Shown here: positions 9,797 through 19,260 of the stretch, piece by piece
Position numbering within the stretch: the first letter of the stretch is position 1
Layout: each line of letters starts with the position of its first letter
Assembly (NCBI GenBank): GCA_963737905.1
Contig: CAVTUQ010000038.1
Coordinates: forward strand, 1-64,000
Direction: 5' to 3'
From: an uncultured delta proteobacterium
GTDB taxonomy: Bacteria; Desulfobacterota; Binatia; UBA9968
DNA length: 64,000 bases
Notes under the pieces: model-generated
What the model saw: the letters and a program-made list of their open reading frames with translations, nothing else
Database searches by the model: none
What the model was told of the DNA's origin: nothing
Translations under genes and position numbers: made by a program

Positions 9797-11270
9797 ATGA
9801 CTACGATCGTTCATGTCGTTAACCAATTCTTTGCCGGCCTCGGCGGAGAGGATAAAGCGGGCATGCCTGTGGGTGTCATCGAAGGCAGCGCCGCGGCAGC
9901 CCGAGGCTTGCAGCTTCAGCTAGGCGACGAAGACGTGAAGATCGCACGCACAATTTATTATGGTGATAACTACTTTCATGAGCACAAAGAAGACGCCATG
10001 AAAGCGATCCTTGATGCGGTTCGCTCAGCAAAGCCGCAAGCGTTAGTCGCGGGGCCGGCCTTTAATTCCGGGCGTTACGGTCTCAGTTGTGTCGAAGTCT
10101 GCAATGCGGTTGCAAATGATCTAGGAATTTCTTGCGTGACGGCAATGCACGAGGAGAATCCGGGCATCGACACTTATCGCGATTGGGCTAACTCCCGGGT
10201 CTACTGCCTGCCGACGGCTGAGACCACCGCGGGCATGACCGATGCGCTGAAGCGCCTGGCCAAATTTGCCATGCGTGTGGCTCGCGATGAAACCGTCGGT
10301 TCCGCGCGGGAAGAAGGCTACATCTCTCGCGGTATTCGACGACTGGAGCCAACGGATCGTTCGGGAGTTGAGCGCGCCATCGAGATGTTGCTCAAGAAAA
10401 TCAAAAACGAGCCTGTCGAAAGCGAGTTGCCTTTGGAGGTATGGGATGATGCGCCGCCGGCGCCGCCGCTAAGTGCAAGTCGAGGAGCGCAGGCTCGCCT
10501 TGGTGACGACCAGTGGCGTCGTTCCCTGGGGTAACCCGGATCATTTCAAAACCTACCGAAATACCCACTGGCAAAAGTACAACATTGCCGAGCTCAAAGA
10601 GCTTGAGCCGGGAAAATGGGAAACGGTTCATGGGGGATACAATATCGCTTACATGAATCAGAACCCTCACTACGGCGTTCCTCTGGACGCGCTGCGCGCC
10701 CTGGAGTCGGAAGGAGCGATCGGTCCGGGCAAACTGTATCCCGCCTATTACGTTATTCCCGGAAACCAGGGATCGCCGACGGTGATGCGTCGCGTTGGCC
10801 AGGAGATTGCGGCGGACTTGAAAAAGGACAACGTCGAAGGCGTGCTTTTCGTCGCCACGTGAGGGACCTGCAGTCGCAGCGGCGCTGTGATGAGCAAAGA
10901 ACTTGAGAAGGCGGGGTTGCCGGTAGCTTTAGTGAGCGCGATGTTTCCAGTGGCGATGCAGGTGCGCGCTAATCGTATCGTCAAAGGGGTGAGCATCCCC
11001 CATCCGTGCGGCGATCCAAGCTTGCCGAAAGAACTGGATGCGCGTCTTCGCCGAGAAATCGTCCGAACAGCGCTCAAAGCACTCGAAGCCGAGGTTACAG
11101 GACCGACTGTGTTTACCCCGGCATACCGTGAGCGGATAAAAAATAGTTTGGCTCGGCGGCGGGGTGGAAACACCAGTCTTTGTGGGTCCTCGTCAGACGC
11201 GATGGACCCTAGCTTCGTCGATCGTGTTTTTGCCCTAGTAAAGTCACGCCGAACATCAAACAATCTCTAG
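9797..11270 (+). CDS. grdB: GrdB-family selenoprotein B, copy 2 (frame break near 10475; Sec TGA at 10860-10862; 3' end uncertain)
   Basis: VNQFFAGLGGEDKAG, AGPAFNSGRYG, LVTTSGVVPWGNPD, VHGGY, then VLFVAT-U-GTCSRSGAVMSKELEKAGLPV...RANRIV..IPHPCGDP in frame with ORF 10887..11270. Confidence 0.88.
10874..10890 (+). promoter_or_regulatory. Bacterial SECIS-like hairpin of grdB copy 2
   Basis: UCGCAGC-GGC-GCUGUGA stem-loop 11 nt after UGA; loop 18 nt downstream; same AGC-GGC-GCU apex as copy 1. Confidence 0.75.
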
Positions 11271-11276
11271 AGTTCC

Positions 11277-12370
11277 ATGCGCATTATCGTGCACGTCGAT
11301 ATGGATGCGTTCTACGCTGCGGTGGAGGAACGTTATAACCCTGACTTGAAGGGCCTTCCGGTGGCGGTGGGTGCCGATCCTAAAGAAGGCAAAGGTAGAG
11401 GCGTGATCACGACAGCTAACTACCTGGCGCGTAAGTATGGCATTCACTCGGCCTTGCCCATTGCGCGCGCGTGGCGACTTGCCGAAGCGGCGCGTCGAAG
11501 AGGCGAACCCGCGACGGTGTTCATTCGTCCCAACTTTACTTTGTATCGAGAAGTGTCAGCCCGTATCATGCAGATTTTCGAACGCTCTGCGGATGCTTTC
11601 GAGGAGGCAAGCATCGACGAAGCTTATCTGGATGTTTCGTCGCGGGAGAATTTCCCGGCCGCTATAGAGCACATGACAAAGCTCAAAGCCGAGATCCGAG
11701 AAAAGGAAGGACTCGGCTGTTCCTTTGGCATCGGGCCGAACAAGCTCATTGCCAAAATCGCTTCCGGCCATCAAAAGCCTGACGGCCTCACGGTGGTGAT
11801 CGCCGGACATGCGTTCAGCAGTTCCTCGATCCGCTTCCGATTCGAGTGATTCCCGGCATCGGCCCGAAGGGCGAAGCCTTTCTCCACCAACGAAATATCC
11901 GGACGATCAGAGATCTGCGCGAGATTCCTGAGGTCATTTTAACTGAGTGGTTCGGTAAGTGGGGACAGCGGCTGTTTGAAAAGGCGCGCGGCATCGATGA
12001 TTCGGTAGTGTCGAACGAGTGGACGCGAAAGTCGTTGGGAGAACAGGAAACTTTCGAGCAGGATACTTGGAACACCTCTGAGGTCACGGAGCGGCTCTAC
12101 AGCATGGCGGAGCGGATTATCGCAAAGCTGCGGGGAAAGGAGTTCTCGGGTTTTCGCACGGTAATCGTAACCGTGCGCTTTTCCGATTTTCAAACCAGTA
12201 ATCGCTCTCGTAGTATCAAGAACGGAATCAGGGTTGATAACAATGGAGAGGCGCTCCGGTTGCTCAAGCAGGAAGCGCTGGCCCTCCTCTCGCCGTTCTT
12301 CGACGCCCGGGAAAATCCGCGAGGAAAGGCGATCCGCCTCATCGGACTGCGCCTGGAGAAACTTTTCTGA
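11277..12370 (+). CDS. dinB: DNA polymerase IV (Y family), frame break near 11805-11825
   Basis: HVDMDAFYAAVE, ANYLARKYGIHSA, SIDEAYLD, NKLIAKIAS..KPDG; continues IPGIGPK...RKSLGEQETF. Confidence 0.9.
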
Positions 12371-12486
12371 TCCGCTGTCTGTTTCACCGGCAGGCTGGTT
12401 TCTCGCGACATTTCTATTTTCTTGACCTCAGTCCGCGATTAGACCTATGTTATGTGCAGCCGGAGAACTACTCGCGAAAGAGAGCG

Positions 12487-13449
12487 ATGTCGATGAATAA
12501 AACGATTTTACTTCTTTTCCTCATTTTTCTTCTCCCCGTATCGGTCCACGCGGCCGATAAGATTCGGATTGGTTATCCGGATCCTTCCGGCTCGTTTCTA
12601 ACACTTCCTTTAGGGGAGAAGGCCGGCTTTTTTCAAAAGGAAGGGTTTCAACCGGAGTTGATCAGAATAAGATCGACTGTTGCTTTGGCAGCATTGGTGA
12701 GCGGAGAAATCGATTATCAATCGGTGGTTGCTCCCGGGATTGCCGCAGCAATTCGGGGAGTACCGGTCAAAGTCGTTGCTTGTTACACGCCTGGTATTAC
12801 TGCCGCGCTCATCGCCCGGTCCGAATATAAATCCGTCCAAGATTTGAAGGGAAAGACCATCGGCCTGAACAGTTTCGGGGGCGGCCTTGAAAGCACTGCG
12901 AGGTTGATGTTCAAGCATTTGGGTCTTGACCCGGACAAGGATCTGAAATTTCTGGCGACGGGCGGGATAGAAACCCGCTTCGCTGCGATGAAGCAAGGAT
13001 TGACGGCCGCCACGTTGGGCTCGGCTCCATCGGACTTTCTCGGTAAGAAGATGGGCTTTGTGGTCCTGGCAAGAGCTCACGAGCTGTTCAGTTACCCGTC
13101 GAGCGGCATCGTCGTGAGTGTCAAACGGATCAAAGAGAGGCCGGACGAAGTCAAGCGAATGATCAAAGCGGGCATAAGAGCCAATCGCTATATTATTCAA
13201 AATCGCGAAAGTACGATTCAGACTATGATCGGATGGATGCGCATCGATAGAGAGATGGCTGCAGCTACCTACGATTCCGTCGTGAAGACTTACAGCGATG
13301 ATTTGAGCCTGCCCGAAGATGGGCTTCGGCTCTTGATTGAAGAGGGCAAGAGGGGTGCCAAGCTCGACCGTGACATCTCTTTCGATCAGGTCGTGGATTA
13401 CTCACTTCTCAGAGAGGCGCAAAGAGAGCTTGGAATCAAGGAAAAATAA
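12487..13449 (+). CDS. ABC substrate-binding protein, NMT1/THI5-like
   Basis: Signal peptide; AADKIRIGY, GFFQKEG, DLKGKTIG, GLDPDKD. Confidence 0.8.
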   Translation: MSMNKTILLLFLIFLLPVSVHAADKIRIGYPDPSGSFLTLPLGEKAGFFQKEGFQPELIRIRSTVALAALVSGEIDYQSVVAPGIAAAIRGVPVKVVACYTPGITAALIARSEYKSVQDLKGKTIGLNSFGGGLESTARLMFKHLGLDPDKDLKFLATGGIETRFAAMKQGLTAATLGSAPSDFLGKKMGFVVLARAHELFSYPSSGIVVSVKRIKERPDEVKRMIKAGIRANRYIIQNRESTIQTMIGWMRIDREMAAATYDSVVKTYSDDLSLPEDGLRLLIEEGKRGAKLDRDISFDQVVDYSLLREAQRELGIKEK

Positions 13450-13476
13450 AAAAGGTCGGGAACCGCATCCGCTATA

Positions 13477-14482
13477 TCAACGCGCTGCCTGAAGCTCCTT
13501 GCGCGCGCGGTCCAAAAAGCTGAAGTCAACGACCTGAGCGGCGCTGATGGGCTGCGTGATGTTTGAGGTCTCGCGGGTGAGGTCGATAAAATACTGCACG
13601 CCCTCGGGGCTGATCACGGCATCCTTGGCAAGGCCGCGTTTGAGATACCTCAACATTTCGTCGGCGAGTTTTGCGTCGCTCACTTTCCACTGCTTCATCA
13701 TGATATCGCGCACTTGATCGCGGGTGGCGTCGTCCATGACAAACGCCAAGCCGCGCAGGGTGGCACGGACCATTCGGTAGACCTCGTCGGGTTGTTGCTG
13801 GATCCGCTGCAGCGACGTGCCGAAGCCGTTTTGTGGGAAGGTCACGATGTCGCCCAAAAAAATCAACTCGTGATAGCCTTTTTGCGTGGCGATGATGTTT
13901 TCCGGCACAGAGAGTAAAGACGCATCGACCAGCCCCGACTCCAAGACGGCCAGACGGCCCGCACCGGAGCCGCCCATCGGCGTGACGGTAACGTCCTTTC
14001 CGGGTTCGAGCCCGAAGTGCCTGAGCGCCCGATAAGCGAGTATAGTCGCCGAGCCGCCGGGCGAGCTGCCGGCGACTTTTTTGCCCCGGAGATCGCGCGG
14101 CTCCTTGATCTCTTTGCGGCTGACGAATGACTGGAGCGGTTTGGCAACGGTAAAGATCAAGATCTTCGCGGGATAGTTTCGCACCGCGGCCAACGCCAAA
14201 CCTGTCAAACCCGCGCTGTAATCGATCTCGCCCTTGAAGAAGGCATTATTGGCGGCCGCAAGGGACATCAAAATGATTTCGAGGTCGATGCCTTCGTCTT
14301 TGTAAAAACCCCGATGATAGGCGGTATAAATCGGCAAGAAGCCGACGCTGGTTGCCGCAATGCCGAGCCTCACTTTCTTCAACGGCGCTTGAGCGGCTCG
14401 CGTCGGAATGCAAGAGAGTCGCGACGCTCGCCAAAATCCAAAAAACAAAAAGGAATCGGCGGGAACGGCCGTGTCTGCACAT
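13477..14482 (-). CDS. ABC substrate-binding protein, NMT1/THI5-like (probable frame break near 14400 in signal region)
   Basis: LKKVRLG, GFYKDEGIDLE, DLRGKKVAG, GLEPGKDV; signal-like MCRHGRSRRFLFVFWILASV in adjacent frame. Confidence 0.75.
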
Positions 14483-14557
14483 AGCTTGCCTCCCCGTTGA
14501 CTGGGTTAGTTCACCTCGGCTCGTAAAATAGAACATGCCACGTTTGGATTTACAGAA

Positions 14558-15730
14558 TCAGTTCGGGTTCCCATGATGGCCCTGTTCGTAATGCTGGCGC
14601 AGAAGGTCTTTGCCGTAGTCGTTGCCGTTGGGGGTGCGTACAACTACATGGATGTGATCTTTGTAAGGCTTTTCGTACTGGCGGAACGCAATGCCCCGTT
14701 GATGGTCGAACTCAATAATGATGACCGGGCTTTGCACGCGATAATAGAACACGCTGTCGTCTTCCATCCCGCCCATCCAGCAAAAGTGGGTATCTCGCAG
14801 ATGCCGCTTCACTTCCTGCATCCTTGTTTGGGCATGATCCGGCCGCATCCGTCCGACGTGCAGCTCAACCAGACCAAGCAGCAGGTCGTGCTGCGGACCT
14901 GACAGCTCTTCGTAACGGATGCCCGCGTACTTCAGCTCCAAGTTATCGCGAAAGGCTGAGGTGAATACTTCTCCCGACGGCTCCGGCGCGATAATCGCTT
15001 TGGCGCGCTGCTCTCCGGAAAACGCGCGGATCACCGCCAATCCCAGATCCTCGTCTGCTTTGAAGACCCTGGTTCCGGCGTATCTACCACTTTTGGCATG
15101 GACCGGCTCCGAGCCCAGAAAAAGCGGAGTCATGACCACTTGGTCGCCAAGGACGAAGTAGTTGATGATGAGATGATGGCCGTCGATTTGCCAGCCCCAG
15201 GGTTCGGTGGCGGAAGGTTGCCCCATAATGCTCATCCAATAAAGATCCTCACCGTATTCAGCGAGTCTCCCGGTCATTTCCATGACGGTCTCATTGAGAC
15301 GCATGACGTCGCGCGCCGTTTGAAAGCCCTCGGCGCTCAAGCTCTCTCTCAGCAGCGCAAAGGCACGGTCACGCTGGGTATCGCTCATTTCAAAGAGCGG
15401 CGTGCCATGGCGCATCAACGTGGGATGGATGTTGCTCCATCGACGCCACTCGACCGTATCTACCGGGAAGAGGGTCTTCGCACGCTGCTCGAGGCTGAGC
15501 GAGCCGAGAAAGTCTTCGGCGGCCTCTTTAATGGACTGTGTTGGCACGCCGGTCTTCTGAATCGAGAAAAGACCCGGAATCACGATTCCGTCGGTGGTTA
15601 TTCCCTTAAAGAGTTCGGCCGCTGCGGCTAGGGATTTCTCGAGGTACCCGGGCGAGCCACCTCGGGTATGTAATGGTCTTGCCGGGTCCCGGAAGACACC
15701 CGCTGTCTGGTTAACATCGCTCATGATCAA
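14558..15730 (-). CDS. DUF3500 domain protein
   Basis: WRRWSNIHP, PWGWQIDGHHL, TPLFLGSEP, YYRVQSPVIIIEFDH, HIHVVVRTPNGNDYGKDLL. Confidence 0.8.
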   Translation of the reverse strand: MIMSDVNQTAGVFRDPARPLHTRGGSPGYLEKSLAAAAELFKGITTDGIVIPGLFSIQKTGVPTQSIKEAAEDFLGSLSLEQRAKTLFPVDTVEWRRWSNIHPTLMRHGTPLFEMSDTQRDRAFALLRESLSAEGFQTARDVMRLNETVMEMTGRLAEYGEDLYWMSIMGQPSATEPWGWQIDGHHLIINYFVLGDQVVMTPLFLGSEPVHAKSGRYAGTRVFKADEDLGLAVIRAFSGEQRAKAIIAPEPSGEVFTSAFRDNLELKYAGIRYEELSGPQHDLLLGLVELHVGRMRPDHAQTRMQEVKRHLRDTHFCWMGGMEDDSVFYYRVQSPVIIIEFDHQRGIAFRQYEKPYKDHIHVVVRTPNGNDYGKDLLRQHYEQGHHGNPN

Positions 15731-15916
15731 TCTCCTCTTACGTTTGCTTCACGATTCACGCGGGAATGTGGAGTCTTTTTTCTTCTATAAGTCTGGAGAA
15801 GTCAAGATGCTTGGTCCCTCTGTGAGAATGCGGCGAACAAGATTGTAGGTTGAAAAATTATCCAGTTCTTGACACAGTTGGGCCGACTTTCCAAGTCTCC
15901 CAGAAAGGACTCCCCA

Positions 15917-17662
15917 ATGGCCGAAAAAAACAAGACCGTTCGGGTAAGCACTGGCGCCGAAGCTTTCTTAGAGCAGGTGAGAGCGCTTGGCGTGGTGCGC
16001 TATCTCTTTGCAAATACGGGAACGGACCATGGTCCTCTCATCGAGGCGCTGGCCAGCTCGGCCAAGGAAGATCCCAACGACATTCAGCCTATCGTCGTGC
16101 CCCACGAGCTGGCGGCGGTCTCCATGGCCCACGGTTACTACAACGTCACGCAAAAGCCGCAAATGGTGCTGGTGCATACCTTGCCAGGGACCGCCAACGC
16201 ACTGGGGGGAATCATCAACGCCAATTCCTCCAATGTGCCGCTCTTTCTGATCGCGGGGCGAACGCCGATCACGGAAGGAGAGCTGCGCGGCGGCAAGAGC
16301 CAGAATATCCACTGGCGCCAGGAATCGCGGGATCAGGGAAATATAGTCCGCGAGTTCGTCAAGTGGGATTACGAGGTGAGAACCAATCAGAATCTCGCGG
16401 CGGTGGTTTCACGGGCCTACAAGATCGCCATGACCGAACCCCGCGGTCCGGTGTATCTCAACTTGCCCCGCGAGTGGCTATGCGAGCAGCTGGAATCCAC
16501 CCAGATTTTCTCCGAGTCTCCAGCGCCGGCAACAAAAATGCAGGCGGATCAAGCGTCGCTAGAAAAATCCGCAGACCTGCTCATGGCGGCCGAGAACCCG
16601 CTCATCGTAACGAAATATCTCGGGCGCAATCCTGAGGCGGTGGCGTATCTGGTGGAGCTGGCCGAATTGCTTTCGATCCCGGTGGTGCAGCAGCTTGACT
16701 ATGTGAATTTCCCCACGGATCATCCGCTCTACGTGGGCTACCAAACCGTAAAACACGCCAGGAACGCCGACGTTTTGTTTTTTATCGACATCGATGTGCC
16801 ATGGGAACCGCCGAACCGCAACGTGCTTCGGTCCGACGTGAAAATCATCCATCTCGAGCGGGACCCGTTGTTTACCGCCGTTCCCGGCTGGGGTTTTCCG
16901 GCCGACCTGGCGGTGACGGGATGTTCGGAAATCGCTCTGCCGGTACTGAATTCGATGCTCAAAGCGAAACTGAGCGCACGCACTGACATGAAATCGAAAC
17001 TTGACGAGCGCCGCAGGAAGACCGAAGGCGAACATAAGGCGATGATGCGCGAGATCGAAGCACGGATCGAGTCGGCCAAAAATGAAAAAGCCATTAGCCC
17101 GGCATGGCTTTCCAAGTGTATCGGCGACGTCGTTGACGATAAGACGATTCTGATCAATGAGACTATTACGTCGCGCCTGACTGAATCGATTTCCCTAAGC
17201 CGCGCGGGTTCTCTTTTCAGCACACCCCCATCCGGCCATCTGGGTTGGGGACTCGGCGCCGCCATCGGAACCAAGCTCGGCGCGCCTGACGCGACGGTCA
17301 TCGCTGCCGAAGGCGACGGCTCCTATATTTTCAGCGCGCCGACGGCCTGCCATTTCACGGCGCAGAAATATCGCATCCCATTTCTCACGGTGATCTATAA
17401 TAACCAGGCCTGGAACGCGAGCATCAACGCCGCGCGGGGACTCTATCCCGATGGAGTCGCGCAAAGGACGCGCAATTTTCCCGGCTGCGATTTGAGCCCG
17501 TCGCCGCACTTTGAACTGACGGCCCAAGCCTGTGGTGCCTACGCGGAGCGGGTCGAGGAACCGGATGAAGTTCCGAGGGCTTTGCAACGGGCGCTCACGG
17601 CCGTGAAAGAAGAGAGACGGCAAGCCTTGCTCAACGTGATCTGCAAAAGTCCGTTGGCTTAG
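15917..17662 (+). CDS. Thiamine pyrophosphate-dependent enzyme (acetolactate synthase/benzoylformate decarboxylase-like)
   Basis: FANTGTD, PHELAAVSMAHGY, PRGPVYLNLP, GDGSY...NN TPP-binding motif. Confidence 0.85.
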   Translation: MAEKNKTVRVSTGAEAFLEQVRALGVVRYLFANTGTDHGPLIEALASSAKEDPNDIQPIVVPHELAAVSMAHGYYNVTQKPQMVLVHTLPGTANALGGIINANSSNVPLFLIAGRTPITEGELRGGKSQNIHWRQESRDQGNIVREFVKWDYEVRTNQNLAAVVSRAYKIAMTEPRGPVYLNLPREWLCEQLESTQIFSESPAPATKMQADQASLEKSADLLMAAENPLIVTKYLGRNPEAVAYLVELAELLSIPVVQQLDYVNFPTDHPLYVGYQTVKHARNADVLFFIDIDVPWEPPNRNVLRSDVKIIHLERDPLFTAVPGWGFPADLAVTGCSEIALPVLNSMLKAKLSARTDMKSKLDERRRKTEGEHKAMMREIEARIESAKNEKAISPAWLSKCIGDVVDDKTILINETITSRLTESISLSRAGSLFSTPPSGHLGWGLGAAIGTKLGAPDATVIAAEGDGSYIFSAPTACHFTAQKYRIPFLTVIYNNQAWNASINAARGLYPDGVAQRTRNFPGCDLSPSPHFELTAQACGAYAERVEEPDEVPRALQRALTAVKEERRQALLNVICKSPLA

Positions 17663-17946
17663 TCTCGCTCACAGGACTCTTCGCTCTCACTTCGACGGAG
17701 TGACCTCGCAAGCATTTTCATGCTTCGAGGATTGCGACTAATCATACGACACTTTTTTTAGCGCTTCTTCGCGCGAGTGCTTAGAAGAGTTTTTCTTTCT
17801 CATTCGGCCATCTCTGGCCAATTCCTCGACATCCGGCTGTAAGGGGTTTTCTGTAGGGAATTCACTGCACAGTGAAAATCTCGTCGTCTCTGTTGCTCGC
17901 CAAAAAACGCCTATCAATTAGTAGCTTAGACCGATTTTACGTCGCA

Positions 17947-17962
17947 AGGCATGGCTCTTGCG
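17947..17962 (+). promoter_or_regulatory. Putative sigma54 promoter upstream of rlpA
   Basis: AGGCATGGCTCTTGCG (GG-N10-GC), ~60 nt before ATG 18022. Confidence 0.55.
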
Positions 17963-18021
17963 GAAACCCTTATCTAGCTTGTGAATTATTCGGCATTGAT
18001 AAGAAAGCGAGGAAGACAGCG

Positions 18022-18588
18022 ATGTTTTTATTTCGCACATTATCAGTACCCAGGACTGGACTGAAAACACAGATAAGCGGGCTCGTTCTTGTCTCGTTCG
18101 TGGCACAAAGCTGCAGCGCAATCTCGACTCTATCGCAGAGAAACGATCAATCTTTTGCGCTCCCGGACACCGGCAACGAAACTATTTCCAGCGAAGCCAA
18201 TCTACAAAAAGCGAGTATTGAACCGAATACTCGAAAAAACTCATCCAGGCCAGCCACCAAGCATGCTCTCAATGGTACGGCCTCGTGGTACGGTCCGGGA
18301 TTTCATGGCAAGAAAACAGCAAGCGGAGAGATCTACGATCAGAATAAGCTCACGGCGGCACACAAAACTGTTCCCCTAGGAAGCAAGGCGCGAGTGACCA
18401 ACTTGGAGAATGGGAACAGTGTCGAGGTGGAAATCAACGACCGAGGCCCGTTTGTGAAAGGTCGCATCATCGATCTATCGCGTGCTGCGGCCGGCGCTCT
18501 GGGTATCGTCGAATCTGGCACTGCGCCCGTGCACATTGAGTTAATTCGAGACTCGACAGGGGTGACAGAGACGGCCAGTAACAACTAG
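18022..18588 (+). CDS. rlpA: Septal ring lytic transglycosylase RlpA family lipoprotein
   Basis: GTASWYGPGFHGKKTASGE, AAHKTVPLG, INDRGPF..RIIDLS; lipobox-like AQSC. Confidence 0.85.
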   Translation: MFLFRTLSVPRTGLKTQISGLVLVSFVAQSCSAISTLSQRNDQSFALPDTGNETISSEANLQKASIEPNTRKNSSRPATKHALNGTASWYGPGFHGKKTASGEIYDQNKLTAAHKTVPLGSKARVTNLENGNSVEVEINDRGPFVKGRIIDLSRAAAGALGIVESGTAPVHIELIRDSTGVTETASNN

Positions 18589-18661
18589 GTGTTGAGAGAC
18601 TTTGTCGTCAGTATCGCAACCGAGCAAACCGATCTCAGTTGCTTAGAAGGAGGGAGATATC

Positions 18662-18826
18662 ATGTTGAGCTGGAGTATTACTTTTCTTGTCGTCGGATTG
18701 ATCGCAGGCCTTTTAGGATTAAGCGGCATCGCCGGCGCAGCGACCCAAATCGCATGGATTCTGTTCGTGGTCTTTCTGGTTCTGTTTTTGGTCAGCTTTG
18801 TTATGGGCCGCCGCCCGCCGATTTAG
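18662..18826 (+). CDS. DUF1328 (UPF0391/YtjA) small membrane protein, 54 aa, absent from ORF track
   Basis: [54 protein letters not shown]; GGAGGGAG RBS. Confidence 0.85.
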   Translation: MLSWSITFLVVGLIAGLLGLSGIAGAATQIAWILFVVFLVLFLVSFVMGRRPPI

Positions 18827-18881
18827 GAGGCCGTGACCTGGATAGGATAGTTCCAGTTGGAGGTGAGCGGCGAGGAGTCTC

Positions 18882-19022
18882 TCAATGATCGGTTCCGTGA
18901 GGTTTATAGGAAGCCTGCTCGTTGTGATGGCTTTGCTGATTGTTGCGCGCTTCATTTGACGTGGGTCTATAACTGATAGCTACGTAGACGATAACGACCA
19001 CAAGCAATAAAAATTCATTCAT
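18882..19022 (-). CDS. Possible 46-aa single-TM small protein
   Basis: MNEFLLLVVVIVYVAISYRPTSNE...; directly downstream of a sigma54-like promoter. Confidence 0.3.
   Translation of the reverse strand: MNEFLLLVVVIVYVAISYRPTSNEARNNQQSHHNEQASYKPHGTDH
18885..18959 (+). CDS. Possible 24-aa hydrophobic peptide
   Basis: MIGSVRFIGSLLVVMALLIVARFI with GAGGAG RBS upstream. Confidence 0.3.
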   Translation: MIGSVRFIGSLLVVMALLIVARFI

Positions 19023-19058
19023 AAGGCTTCTTTCTATCCTCTTCTATCGCTTATAGAA

Positions 19059-19074
19059 CGCAACCGGCATGCCA
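19059..19074 (-). promoter_or_regulatory. Putative sigma54 promoter
   Basis: TGGCATGCCGGTTGCG on minus strand, close to TGGCACG-N4-TTGC. Confidence 0.6.
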
Positions 19075-19260
19075 ATCGGGGTTGGATTGGTGAAACAATC
19101 AAGATAAGCGGCTCAATCCAAGCAAAATCTTCTTTGGAGATTACCACGGGACGACACAAAAAGATTCGCGTGTATCTAAGTAGATAACCCAGTCCATCGC
19201 TCTACGACTCCATCTTATATTAGTAGGTTGAAGCCAGGGGATTGAACGCAACGGGTAGAG

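Noticed and set aside
11120-11270. C-terminal extension of GrdB copy 2 (AYRERIKNSL...)
   Set aside because: Copy 1 ends at the equivalent KVF. One extra C in the CCCC run would give FTPGIP-stop near 11131, so this is probably an artefact.
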